Below are positions 41,426 to 50,558 of a stretch of DNA of 64,000 nt, piece after piece. Location of the stretch: contig OZ244922.1 in assembly GCA_965221905.1 (NCBI GenBank), forward strand, positions 192,001-256,000, read 5' to 3'. The notes under the pieces were generated by a model that was not told where the DNA came from, searched no databases, and saw only the letters and a list, made by a program, of their open reading frames with translations. The position numbers and the translations under genes are program-made. Position 1 is the stretch's first letter; each line of letters begins with the position of its first letter. Origin of the DNA: Chloroflexota bacterium. GTDB lineage: Bacteria > Chloroflexota > UBA11872 > VXOZ01.

Positions 41426-42493
41426 TTAAGTCGCAGCCAGAGTGGCTTCCATGCGGCGGGCGAGGGTGTAGACGCCGGGGAGGAGCACGGCGCAGATGGC
41501 GAAGCCTATGGTGAGTTCTACCCACACGTCGGCGAGGCCCGCGCCGCGGATGGCGATGTCGAACAATGGCGAGAGGAAATAGTAGGTCGGGAAGATTTTT
41601 GCGATCCACTGGGGCAAGTTCGGCCAGATGAAGAAGACGACGGGGGCCACAAGCACGATGGCCCCGGACTTCCAGATGGTATAGAGCGCCTTGGTATCTT
41701 TGGCGAATGAGCCCAGCATCAGGCCGACCTCCGCCGCCATGAGGGTTGCCAGCACGAGCACGAGTATCAGGGCGGCAGGGTTCGCGCCGAGCGCGCCGTT
41801 CAGCGCCAGGGTCACGACGCCGGTGGCCATTGCCAGGATGAAGCCCAACGCACCTTTTCCAATCAGTACGTCGCTCAAGCGGGTCGGTGTCACCAGCAGC
41901 GCCGTGAGTGTGCGCTTTTCTTTCTCCTCCACGAGGCTCGTGGCCGGGGTCAGCGCGCCCGCGATGAGCACCGCCATGAGCACGATCAACGGCAGCAAGC
42001 GGGAGACGATGGGCACCGTGTCGCCTTCGCCCACCGTGATGGTCTCAACATCGATAGGCGCCGGGGAGCCTGCCACTTGGCGAATGAGGTCTACCATCGT
42101 CACCCCCAGCACAACCCGGTTGGAGGCCAGGCTCTGGCCGCCGAAGAAGAACTGCACGTTGGGCATCTGGCCGGTCTGCAGGGCACCGTCGAAACCCGCC
42201 GGCAGCACCAAACCTGCGTCCAGATCGTTGTTCTCTACCAGCGATTTCAAGGCAGCGGCGGACTCCGGAAACGTCACCTGGATACCCTCGACTTCGCGGA
42301 CGTTCTGAACGACCTGCGATTCGCCTTCGTCAACGATGCCGAGCCGGGGGACGGGATCAAAGAGGCTGCCGAACACCACGCGAATCAGGAGCGTGAGGAT
42401 CACCGGCAGGACAATGGCGTACAGAAAGATTGGCGAGCGCGGTCCGACGCCCAAGTCCTTGCGCAACAGGTGCCACGCGTGTATTCCGGTCAT
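41426..42493 (-). CDS. ABC-2 type permease
   Basis: SLVEEKEKRTL.ALLVTP; 6-TM layout with extracellular loop. Confidence 0.88.
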   Translation of the reverse strand: MTGIHAWHLLRKDLGVGPRSPIFLYAIVLPVILTLLIRVVFGSLFDPVPRLGIVDEGESQVVQNVREVEGIQVTFPESAAALKSLVENNDLDAGLVLPAGFDGALQTGQMPNVQFFFGGQSLASNRVVLGVTMVDLIRQVAGSPAPIDVETITVGEGDTVPIVSRLLPLIVLMAVLIAGALTPATSLVEEKEKRTLTALLVTPTRLSDVLIGKGALGFILAMATGVVTLALNGALGANPAALILVLVLATLMAAEVGLMLGSFAKDTKALYTIWKSGAIVLVAPVVFFIWPNLPQWIAKIFPTYYFLSPLFDIAIRGAGLADVWVELTIGFAICAVLLPGVYTLARRMEATLAAT

Positions 42494-42999
42494 AACGTCT
42501 CTACCTTTTTCTCAAATGTCTTGTAGCGCGGGGGCTCGTCCTTCGCGCTTTTCCGCGCAAATGCTATGGTAATTGTCTAGACTGCTTCTTCCCTGGTTGT
42601 GCGCAGGTTACAAACCTGCGCTACCGGAAGAGCGGTGTGCATAACACGATCAGAACCTTCTTCCGCGGGTTCAATGCAGGATGCTTGAGTTCATACCCGT
42701 CCTGCCCACCTTATTGCGCCTCTACTTCTCTTTCTGGAGTAATTGGCCCGTGGCGCGGGGGCTTGTCCCCCACTTCTGCGCTCTTGTGTTCGTGGGATCT
42801 CTGTGGCTCCATTGGCTTCTAGCTCTGCGACACTTCCAAAGTGCTCTCCGTACGTACTTCGACAGGCTCAGCACGAACGGAGAGTAGAGCCCAGCTCATA
42901 GAATTCAGCCTCCCCACCGTTCGCCCTGAGCTTGTCGAAGGGTGAACGGTTCGAGTCAATGTCTTGGCAATAGTCTTGCGGCCTCTTACTGCTCCATGC

Positions 43000-44112
43000 C
43001 TAGAGCGTTTCCACTTTTCGCTTCAATATGACCCATCCCGCCGCGAATGCGAGCAGGCACCATACCAGCAGCATGCCGAGATACGGCAAGACCTCCAGCC
43101 AACCGGCGTTGTAAGCGCTGGCCTGCACCACGGCTTGTATCAAGCCATAGGAAGGCAAGACCTTCACCCACACCGCGGCGGTACCGGGGAAGAGCACCGC
43201 AATCGCCGGAATCATGAGCGGGATCATGAAGGCCATGCCGTAGAAGAGCGTTTCGATGAAGTCCTTGCCGGCGGCGCCCGCAATTAGACCGAAGCCGGTC
43301 ACCAGCACCGCGCCCAACAAGAGCGCGCATAGCAGGATGAGCGGTTGGTTGGCGAATGAGCCGATGATCAGCAATAGGAGCACGGCTTGGGCGAAGGCCA
43401 TCGCCGTGCCCAAGATGCCTTTGGCAGCCAGAAAGTCCGAGACGAGGGTCGGCGAGACGAGCACGGCGGTCACCGTGCGGGCTTGAATCTCGGTGGCAAT
43501 CAGCGAACTGAGCGCAAAGGTCTCGATGACGAGCGCCAGAATTGCGAAGAGGGGGCGGATTTTCTCGCGAAACGGTACTTGATCGCCCACCCGGTCTTCA
43601 CCGAGGATGATCACCTCGCGGTCCGGTTCTGCTACCGGCAGGGGATTGCCCGACAAGGAGTAGGCAATCTCGCGTACAAAGCTCGTCATGGCGCGGCGCA
43701 TCTCCACCGGCACATTGGCGTCCACGTACACGCGGACTGTGGTTTGCTGTCCGGCGGCGACGCGCTGGAGGAAGTCATCGGGGAAGGCCAGCCCAATCGC
43801 AAGCGGCTCCTCCGGCTCCGCATCGCCCATGCCCAGCGCCGCCTCCAGCGCCTCTATCGACTCAAACTGCACGATCTCGATGCCTGCGCTCTGGTCGCCC
43901 ATGGCCTCCGTGAAGATTGCGTCCATGCCCGTTTGGCGTACGCCCACCGCAAACGACTCATTCACGCTGCTCGGCAGCAGCCAGAAGGCGATGGCATAGA
44001 ATAAGATGCCAATTACGGTTATCACCACAAAGAACCGCTCGCGGCTGTATTCCAGCATATCCTTGCGCACAATCGCCCAGAGGATCGCGGCGCGTGACAC
44101 TTGGGTGCTCAT
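43000..44112 (-). CDS. ABC-2 type permease
   Basis: IATEIQARTVTAVLVSP; overlaps the ATPase stop. Confidence 0.88.
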   Translation of the reverse strand: MSTQVSRAAILWAIVRKDMLEYSRERFFVVITVIGILFYAIAFWLLPSSVNESFAVGVRQTGMDAIFTEAMGDQSAGIEIVQFESIEALEAALGMGDAEPEEPLAIGLAFPDDFLQRVAAGQQTTVRVYVDANVPVEMRRAMTSFVREIAYSLSGNPLPVAEPDREVIILGEDRVGDQVPFREKIRPLFAILALVIETFALSSLIATEIQARTVTAVLVSPTLVSDFLAAKGILGTAMAFAQAVLLLLIIGSFANQPLILLCALLLGAVLVTGFGLIAGAAGKDFIETLFYGMAFMIPLMIPAIAVLFPGTAAVWVKVLPSYGLIQAVVQASAYNAGWLEVLPYLGMLLVWCLLAFAAGWVILKRKVETL

Positions 44113-44972
44113 TCTTGCAGTCCTCTGCCCGTCAGCGTAATGAAGACAGCTTCCAGAGTCGCCTCTTCAGTGTGGATAGTCAGCAAGCCCTCCGCGCCCA
44201 CCACGTCTTTCAGGCGGTCGCCGGTGTCGCTGGCGTCGAGCGGCACCACCTGCTCGCGTACCTCATCATTCTCGCGGGTACGCACCCGCACCGACCGCTG
44301 GCCGTGAGCGAGCTTGAGGTTTTCCGGTGTGTCCAGCGCCGCGATTTTGCCGTCATTGATGAATGCCACGCGGTCGGAGAGTTTATCCGCCTCATCCATG
44401 TCGTGGGTGGTGAGCAAGATCGCTGCGCCGCGCTCTGCTTCTTCCTCTATCACGCGGCGAATGGCCTGCGAAGATACCGGATCGAGCCCGTCGGTGGGCT
44501 CATCGAGGAAGAGGATATCGGGAGTGTTCATCAGGCACCGGGCGACCATAAGACGCTGCTGCATGCCTTTGGAATAGCCTTTTACGCGGTCGTCGGCCCG
44601 ATCGGCCAGACCCACCCGCTGCAGCAGAGGCGCAGCATCGAAGTCGCGTATGCCAAATAGCCTGGCGAAGAAGTGCAGGTTCTCCTTGGCGGAGAGATTG
44701 AGATAGAGGTTCTTTTCCTCAAAGCAGACGCCGATGCGCCCCTGAATTTTGTCACGATCTTTGGCAACGTTCATACCCAGAATTGAGATTTCGCCGCTTT
44801 GGGGTCGCATTTGGCCGGTAAGCAGCTTGATCGTGGTGGACTTGCCCGCGCCGTTTGGACCCAGGAAGCCCAAGACCTCACCCTGCGCGACGGAAAAGCT
44901 GACATCATCCACCGCCTTTACGTCGCCATAGGCATAACTGACGCCATCTACACGAATGGCTTCCACACTCAT
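44109..44972 (-). CDS. ABC-2 type ATP-binding protein
   Basis: [24 protein letters not shown]. Confidence 0.92.
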   Translation of the reverse strand: MSVEAIRVDGVSYAYGDVKAVDDVSFSVAQGEVLGFLGPNGAGKSTTIKLLTGQMRPQSGEISILGMNVAKDRDKIQGRIGVCFEEKNLYLNLSAKENLHFFARLFGIRDFDAAPLLQRVGLADRADDRVKGYSKGMQQRLMVARCLMNTPDILFLDEPTDGLDPVSSQAIRRVIEEEAERGAAILLTTHDMDEADKLSDRVAFINDGKIAALDTPENLKLAHGQRSVRVRTRENDEVREQVVPLDASDTGDRLKDVVGAEGLLTIHTEEATLEAVFITLTGRGLQE

Positions 44973-45284
44973 GTGTTACCTCTCTTTTGCCCTCGGTGGA
45001 TGTTACCTGCCGCAATGCAGAACGTCGTTGCCCCTCGCCGGTCGAGCATTGTCCCGTCACTCCCGCGAAAGCGGGAATCCATCCTTTGGCTTCTATTGCG
45101 TGCGTCGTGTGGTATAGATCGTTGCCAAGACCCCTGTGCTATGCATTGCTCGTTTACCGCGTGCAAAGCGTTCTAGGAGGCGGGGGACAAGCCCCCGCGC
45201 TACGAGGAGTTTGTGACTCCTAACCCTCTCCCTCAGGAGAGGGAACAGCCATGCAGAGCGGGACATCCTATCGCGTTGACTCTA

Positions 45285-45926
45285 TCACGAAATCCGCAGT
45301 TGTACGGCGACGATATGCCAAATTTCAGCGGCCACGTCGTCAACGGCTCGCTGTGCGTCTACAATGCCCCAGCGGCCCGGTTCTGCTTGGGCCAATTTGT
45401 GGTAGCCAGCGGCCACTTCCTGATGGAAGGCAGTGTCAAAGAGGTCCATGCGATTGGTCGGCTTGCCACTGCTGGCGGCGCGAAATCGACGTTGCAGCCC
45501 AGACTCTGCGGGCAAATCGAGGAGAAGCGTGAGGTGCGGCACGAGGCCGCCGGTAGCGAAGTCATTGAGCTCACGCAGCGTCGCTGAGTCCTGCCCGCGG
45601 GCGTAGCCCTGGTACGCAAAGGTCGAATCGCTGTAGCGGTCGCAAATGACCACGTGCCCAGAGTCGAGCGCCGGCCGGATGACCTCGTGGACGAGCTGCG
45701 CGCGGGCGGCGCACATGAGCAGCGCCTCGGTGTGCGGATGAATCTCTACCCGTGATTGATCGAGCACCACGGCGCGAATGCGGTCGCTTATGGGCGTGCC
45801 GCCCGGTTCACGCGTCGTAACCACCGGATACCCCGCTTGTTGCAGACGGTCGGCAAGCAATGCTACCTGGGTGGTCTTGCCGGAACCCTCCACACCTTCG
45901 AATGTAATGAAGATTCCGTGGTTCAT
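45285..45926 (-). CDS. tmk: Thymidylate kinase (canonical)
   Basis: FITFEGVEGSGKTTQ, TREPGGT, ICDRYSDSTFAYQG. Confidence 0.95.
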   Translation of the reverse strand: MNHGIFITFEGVEGSGKTTQVALLADRLQQAGYPVVTTREPGGTPISDRIRAVVLDQSRVEIHPHTEALLMCAARAQLVHEVIRPALDSGHVVICDRYSDSTFAYQGYARGQDSATLRELNDFATGGLVPHLTLLLDLPAESGLQRRFRAASSGKPTNRMDLFDTAFHQEVAAGYHKLAQAEPGRWGIVDAQRAVDDVAAEIWHIVAVQLRIS

Positions 45927-46058
45927 TCTTGCCACGTGTTCGTTTACCCACTTAACTGTATGCATGTCATTCCGAGCGCAGCGAGGAATCTATAAGTCTA
46001 GCACTTCAGATTCCTCGTCGCTCTGCTCCTCGGCATGACATGAATCGGACGCCCTACT

Positions 46059-47492
46059 CTACACTCCCGCCAGCGCACGGGCGACCTGGATGAGGGACTG
46101 AACGCGTGCAGGACTATTCGCCTCGGCGTAGATGCGCATGATGGGCTCCGTGCCGGAGAAGCGGACACACACCCAAGCGTCGTCTTGCAGTGTGTAGTGG
46201 AAGCCGTTCTGGGCGCGGCATCGGACCACTTCACTATCGGCGAGTGTTGTCGGCACGTGCGCCTGCATGCGCGCCGTGATATTTTCACGTTCCTCCGGTG
46301 GGAAGTCCAGGTCAAGTCGGTCGTAGTGGTGCGGACCTACCAGGCTAAAGAGGTGCTCCACGAGTTGAGTCGGCGTACGGCCGGACTGCACCACGTAGTC
46401 CAGCAGAAAGAGCCCCGCCAGTATACCGTCGCGTTCCGGCACGTGCCCGCGAAAGGCGTAGCCGCCGCTTTCCTCGCCGCCCAGCAGCGCATCGGTTTCC
46501 AGCATCTTGGGGGCCACGAACTTAAAGCCCACCGGCGTTTCGTGCACCGGTACGTTGAATTGCTCGCCGAGGCGGTTGAGCATGGTGCTGGAGGTAAATG
46601 TCTTCACAATCGGTCCGCGCTGACCGCGCACCTCAAGGAGATAGAGTGCCAGCAGCGACATGACCGTAAGCTGGTTGAGGAACTCTCCACTCTCGTCGCA
46701 CGCGCCGAGGCGGTCGGCGTCACCGTCGGTTGCCAGGCCCAACTGTGCTCCCATCTGGCGCACGATACTGAAGAGGTCATGCAAATTACCCGGTATCGGC
46801 TCCGGGTTATGCATGTTGGGGAACATTGGATTGCGCTCGTTGTGGAGATCGTATACCTCCAAAGAGCCGCCCTGGAGAATATTGCTGAACCAATCCAATC
46901 CGGCTCCATACATTGCGTCTACCACCAGCGTGCCTTCCCAAGCCCGCAGAGCTTCGAGATCGAGCATCCGGCCGATGTGCGCCAGGTACGCAGACGCGGG
47001 GTCGAACCGCTCGCACAGTCCTGCTTTCTCGGCTTGAGCAATGGGAGTAGCGCGCACGTCTCGCGGATGCAGCGCGTTGACGATTTTCTCTATCTTCGCC
47101 AATTCCTCCGGCGGCGTGGCGCCGCCATACGCGGACCGCACCTTATATCCCTGGTAGTCGAAGGGGTTATGGCTCGCCGTGAGCGTAATACCGCCGCCGG
47201 CCTGGCGGTTGACGATTGCATGGGCGAAGACCGGTGTTGGTGTCGGCGCAACGGTGAGGGCCACGGGAATGTTGTTGCCGGCCAGCACCTCGGCCGCCGC
47301 CTCGGCAAACATTTCGGCGTTGAAGCGGGTATCGTAAGCCACGACAAAGCCTCTCGCGGCTTCTTCCGGATGCTCATTTTGCCAGAACTGGGCTACAGCC
47401 TGCGTGAGCAGGCGGACGTTGGCGACGGTGTAGTCGGCGCCAATGATCGCGCGCCAGCCATCGGTGCCAAACGTTATCGGTGAAGACTCCAT
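46059..47492 (-). CDS. Phosphoglucomutase/phosphomannomutase
   Basis: FGTDGWR, TASHNP, DGDADR, GGEESGG, RFSGTEP. Confidence 0.95.
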   Translation of the reverse strand: MESSPITFGTDGWRAIIGADYTVANVRLLTQAVAQFWQNEHPEEAARGFVVAYDTRFNAEMFAEAAAEVLAGNNIPVALTVAPTPTPVFAHAIVNRQAGGGITLTASHNPFDYQGYKVRSAYGGATPPEELAKIEKIVNALHPRDVRATPIAQAEKAGLCERFDPASAYLAHIGRMLDLEALRAWEGTLVVDAMYGAGLDWFSNILQGGSLEVYDLHNERNPMFPNMHNPEPIPGNLHDLFSIVRQMGAQLGLATDGDADRLGACDESGEFLNQLTVMSLLALYLLEVRGQRGPIVKTFTSSTMLNRLGEQFNVPVHETPVGFKFVAPKMLETDALLGGEESGGYAFRGHVPERDGILAGLFLLDYVVQSGRTPTQLVEHLFSLVGPHHYDRLDLDFPPEERENITARMQAHVPTTLADSEVVRCRAQNGFHYTLQDDAWVCVRFSGTEPIMRIYAEANSPARVQSLIQVARALAGV

Positions 47493-47572
47493 CCTGGTTC
47501 AGGTGCTCCTTTTGAATAAAGGCAATGCGTTTCTAGAATTTAGTTGCGTGAAGCCTTGCATTGGCAATGAAC

Positions 47573-48535
47573 TCATGTAGTAGCGCGCAGGCGGTCCCGC
47601 CAGTAGTCGAGTGTGTCCTCCAAGGTCTGTTCCAGGGGAATCTCGGCCCGCCAGCCGGTCTGCTCCTGGATCGCGCGCGGGTCCGCCTGGAGTATCGGCA
47701 GGTCGCCCGGCCGGAAGAGCGCCGGATCCGTTTCCACCGCTACGTTTACCTGCGTTAGCCCCAGCATTATCTGCAGCATCTCATCGATCGAGCGCGCGGC
47801 ACCGGAACCGATAGTATAGACCGCGCCGGGCGTGCCTTTATACAGCGCCAGCCAGTAGGCGCGGGCCACGTCGCGCACGTCGGTGAAGTCACGCTTGGCG
47901 CTCATGTTGCCCACTTTCAACGTCGGCGGAATTGCTCCTGCCTCCATCTGCGCCAGTTGCTGCGCAAAGCGGGCGATGACGAAGTCCGGCGCTTGGCGCG
48001 GCCCGATGTGGTTGAACGGGCGCACACGCACGATGGGCAACCCGTGGCTCTGCCAATACTGCAACGCCAGCATGTCCTGCCCCACCTTGCTCACCGCGTA
48101 CGGATCGGCGGGACGAAACGGCGCTGTTTCGCTCACGGGCAGGTCTTGCTCGTCCACCATGCCGTAGACGTTGCTCGAACTCACCACGAGCAGTCGCGCC
48201 TCCGGCACGTGCTGCTGCATTGCCAGAATCACGTTCAGTTGCCCGAGAATGTTGGTGGTGAGGGTCGCGGCCGGATCGCTCCACGCTGTCGGCACGTGGG
48301 CTTGGGCTGCAAGATGGAAGATCCTATCCGGCTTGATCGCGGCAAGCGCGGCATGCATGCCGGCTTCGTCGGTGATGTTCGCAACGTGGAGTTGCACGCG
48401 ATCGCCGAGGTGTACAAGGTTTGGATGCGGCCCCGGCGTTTGAGTCAGACCCCACACCTCGGCGCCCCGCGCCACGCACATATCCGCTAAATGACTGCCC
48501 GCAAACCCGGTGATGCCGGTAATGAGTACGCGCAT
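47573..48535 (-). CDS. GDP-sugar extended SDR (Rmd/Gmd-like)
   Basis: MRVLITGITGFAGSHL, PYAVSK, RPFNHIGPRQ, RDFTDVRDV. Confidence 0.88.
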   Translation of the reverse strand: MRVLITGITGFAGSHLADMCVARGAEVWGLTQTPGPHPNLVHLGDRVQLHVANITDEAGMHAALAAIKPDRIFHLAAQAHVPTAWSDPAATLTTNILGQLNVILAMQQHVPEARLLVVSSSNVYGMVDEQDLPVSETAPFRPADPYAVSKVGQDMLALQYWQSHGLPIVRVRPFNHIGPRQAPDFVIARFAQQLAQMEAGAIPPTLKVGNMSAKRDFTDVRDVARAYWLALYKGTPGAVYTIGSGAARSIDEMLQIMLGLTQVNVAVETDPALFRPGDLPILQADPRAIQEQTGWRAEIPLEQTLEDTLDYWRDRLRATT

Positions 48536-48808
48536 GGGGAGCGGCTTCTCGAATGGTGTGAAGGGGTGGGTTCCTGTGGCGATTATACGCGGCTCTGATT
48601 GGCTGCGGCAACCGCGAAATAGGCCAGATTCAATTGGCCCTGACAGGCTACGGCACATTGAAGGCACTATGGCTTGCGGCGAATAGTCAGGCAGAGCGCT
48701 TTCATTGCCTTAAAAGGCTGCTGACACAAAGTATCGTTCTTCTCAGGCGGCACACGCAGCCCTTCAAAAGAGCCGTAATCTGCATAATGGAAAGGCACGC
48801 TGCGTGGT

Positions 48809-49963
48809 CTAAAAGCTCACTGGCAAGGTGGTACCCCATCCATCTGTCAGAGCTACTTCCGTGATGTCATTGCGCACCCTTACAAGCATCTCTCGATTGG
48901 CGGCATACCCAATTTCGCCTTTGTGCTGAAGTTGGCCCACTACGATGCTTGGATGAACACCTATCGAATCAGCGAACTCTCTGATCCTGAGTTTTGAGTA
49001 GCGGGGCCTAATTCGCCCTATGAACTCTTCAAGTTCGCTCTGTGGCACCAACCAGTTCACAGCCAATGAGTCTGCTGCTACTTCGTGCTTAGGCTTGTCT
49101 TCAGCCGGGAAAGGCTTGTTGCCAACTAAGTCCACGTCGAGAGCAGTGAGTTGGTTTCTAATGCCGTCCCCTCTCTTAATGTGTCCAATTTCGTGCATGA
49201 TAGTGTGCCAAAAGTAATCTATGCGGTCGTATCGCAGAGACAGCGCTACCACAGGAGAATCCTGATCCAACCAAAAGCAAGCACCATCAATTCGTGTCCC
49301 AGGCAAGGCCTCTATTACAAGGAACCGAATGCCGGCGTCACTTAGAACGTTCGGAACATGTCGGACCTCTTCACTACTGCGTGCGAGACTACGCACACTA
49401 TTGATTACCTTGCTCACCTGGCTACGATTGAAGGGACTTGCATCCATGGCTTTTGCGATGTGCTTTGCCCGAAAGAGCCATGCCAGTTGCCCCGATGCAA
49501 TTTCACTGTATGAACTGGACTTCCGTGCTGCATGGTCTTGAAAAACGGGAGCATGTTCTATCGATGGGATTTCGAGAAATTCGCAGACATTTCCTTCGAG
49601 TACGTCGAGATTGCTGGAGTTCTCAATCCAGTTACGTTTCACCATCTGACCTATGGGAGCCATGGAGTACAGCCTGGCACGGCGGGAAACATTGCCGTCG
49701 TCGTCTCTTGACTGCGAAAGCCTATGGAGTCGATAGGATGCTTCTAGGTTCAGCCAAAACTGCGGGTCTGTACCGAATGCTTCCCCAAGCTCATTCGCTG
49801 TCTGTGGTGAAACGCTTCGCTTTCCGGCGACGACTTCACTAACTACCCGAGGAGGACGCCCCATGATGTACGCCAAGTCAGCCTGCGTCCAACCGCGAGC
49901 CTCCAGCTCTTCTTGTATAAACTCCCCGGGGGGAAATGCCTCGGCTACTATTCTCTTAGGCAT
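48809..49963 (-). CDS. higA: HigA-type HTH fused to ImmA/IrrE-like metallopeptidase domain
   Basis: PPGEFIQEEL..RGWTQADLA, FWLNL; FWHTIMHEIGH (HExxH). Confidence 0.88.
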   Translation of the reverse strand: MPKRIVAEAFPPGEFIQEELEARGWTQADLAYIMGRPPRVVSEVVAGKRSVSPQTANELGEAFGTDPQFWLNLEASYRLHRLSQSRDDDGNVSRRARLYSMAPIGQMVKRNWIENSSNLDVLEGNVCEFLEIPSIEHAPVFQDHAARKSSSYSEIASGQLAWLFRAKHIAKAMDASPFNRSQVSKVINSVRSLARSSEEVRHVPNVLSDAGIRFLVIEALPGTRIDGACFWLDQDSPVVALSLRYDRIDYFWHTIMHEIGHIKRGDGIRNQLTALDVDLVGNKPFPAEDKPKHEVAADSLAVNWLVPQSELEEFIGRIRPRYSKLRIREFADSIGVHPSIVVGQLQHKGEIGYAANREMLVRVRNDITEVALTDGWGTTLPVSF

Positions 49964-49993
49964 CTCGCTCTCCTCCTGCTTCTCAATGCACGC

Positions 49994-50290
49994 TCAGTGA
50001 TAGTCTTCTATTGAAATAACCACGATGGTCTTATTTGGCGACTTGCCCTCGTACTGCACTATGAGCCTGAATTGGTCATTCAACCTCATCGAGTGTTGGT
50101 GTCTGCGTGCACCTGCTAGTTTCTCATAGTGAAATGACTTCATCCGATAGAATATGCGCTCGTCAGTTGCTGCTCTAATGGCTTGCATTCGCTTTCGGAA
50201 CGCCTTAACGATAGCCTGCGACCACCTTCCTCTGTAGGAAGGGTCAGTCTCCAGTCTTTCCAATTCGCTGTCTTCATAGCGCACATCCAT
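49994..50290 (-). CDS. higB: HigB/RelE-family toxin
   Basis: YEKLAG, HSMRLNDQFRL, IEDYH C-terminus; toxin-first gene order. Confidence 0.9.
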   Translation of the reverse strand: MDVRYEDSELERLETDPSYRGRWSQAIVKAFRKRMQAIRAATDERIFYRMKSFHYEKLAGARRHQHSMRLNDQFRLIVQYEGKSPNKTIVVISIEDYH

Positions 50291-50324
50291 TTCTCACCAA
50301 TTATAGCTTGGAAGTGCAATATCT

Positions 50325-50363
50325 GTCTATACATTATTACACTTAGTGTAATAATGTATAGAC
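50325..50363. promoter_or_regulatory. Perfect 39-bp palindrome, likely higBA operator
   Basis: GTCTATACATTATTACACT-T-AGTGTAATAATGTATAGAC, 35 bp upstream of higB. Confidence 0.75.
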
Positions 50364-50558
50364 TCTACTTGCAGAATTGAAAGCATGCATCAGCAGTTTG
50401 CTTGTGGCAACCAAGAAACTGCTCTATGGTTACTGGCTTACAGTGCGCACGCAAGATCAATGGAGACCGGGACTTACAAAATTCTCTCGCGCTCGAATTG
50501 TTATATTGTCCTCTAGTAGTTAGTAGAAGTTAGAAGAGGCAGGGGTGGCTTTCGGCGT

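Noticed and set aside
46185-47483. Long antisense ORFs (432 aa here, 353 aa at 56114-57175, and similar)
   Set aside because: Shadow frames of well-supported genes, expected in GC-rich DNA.
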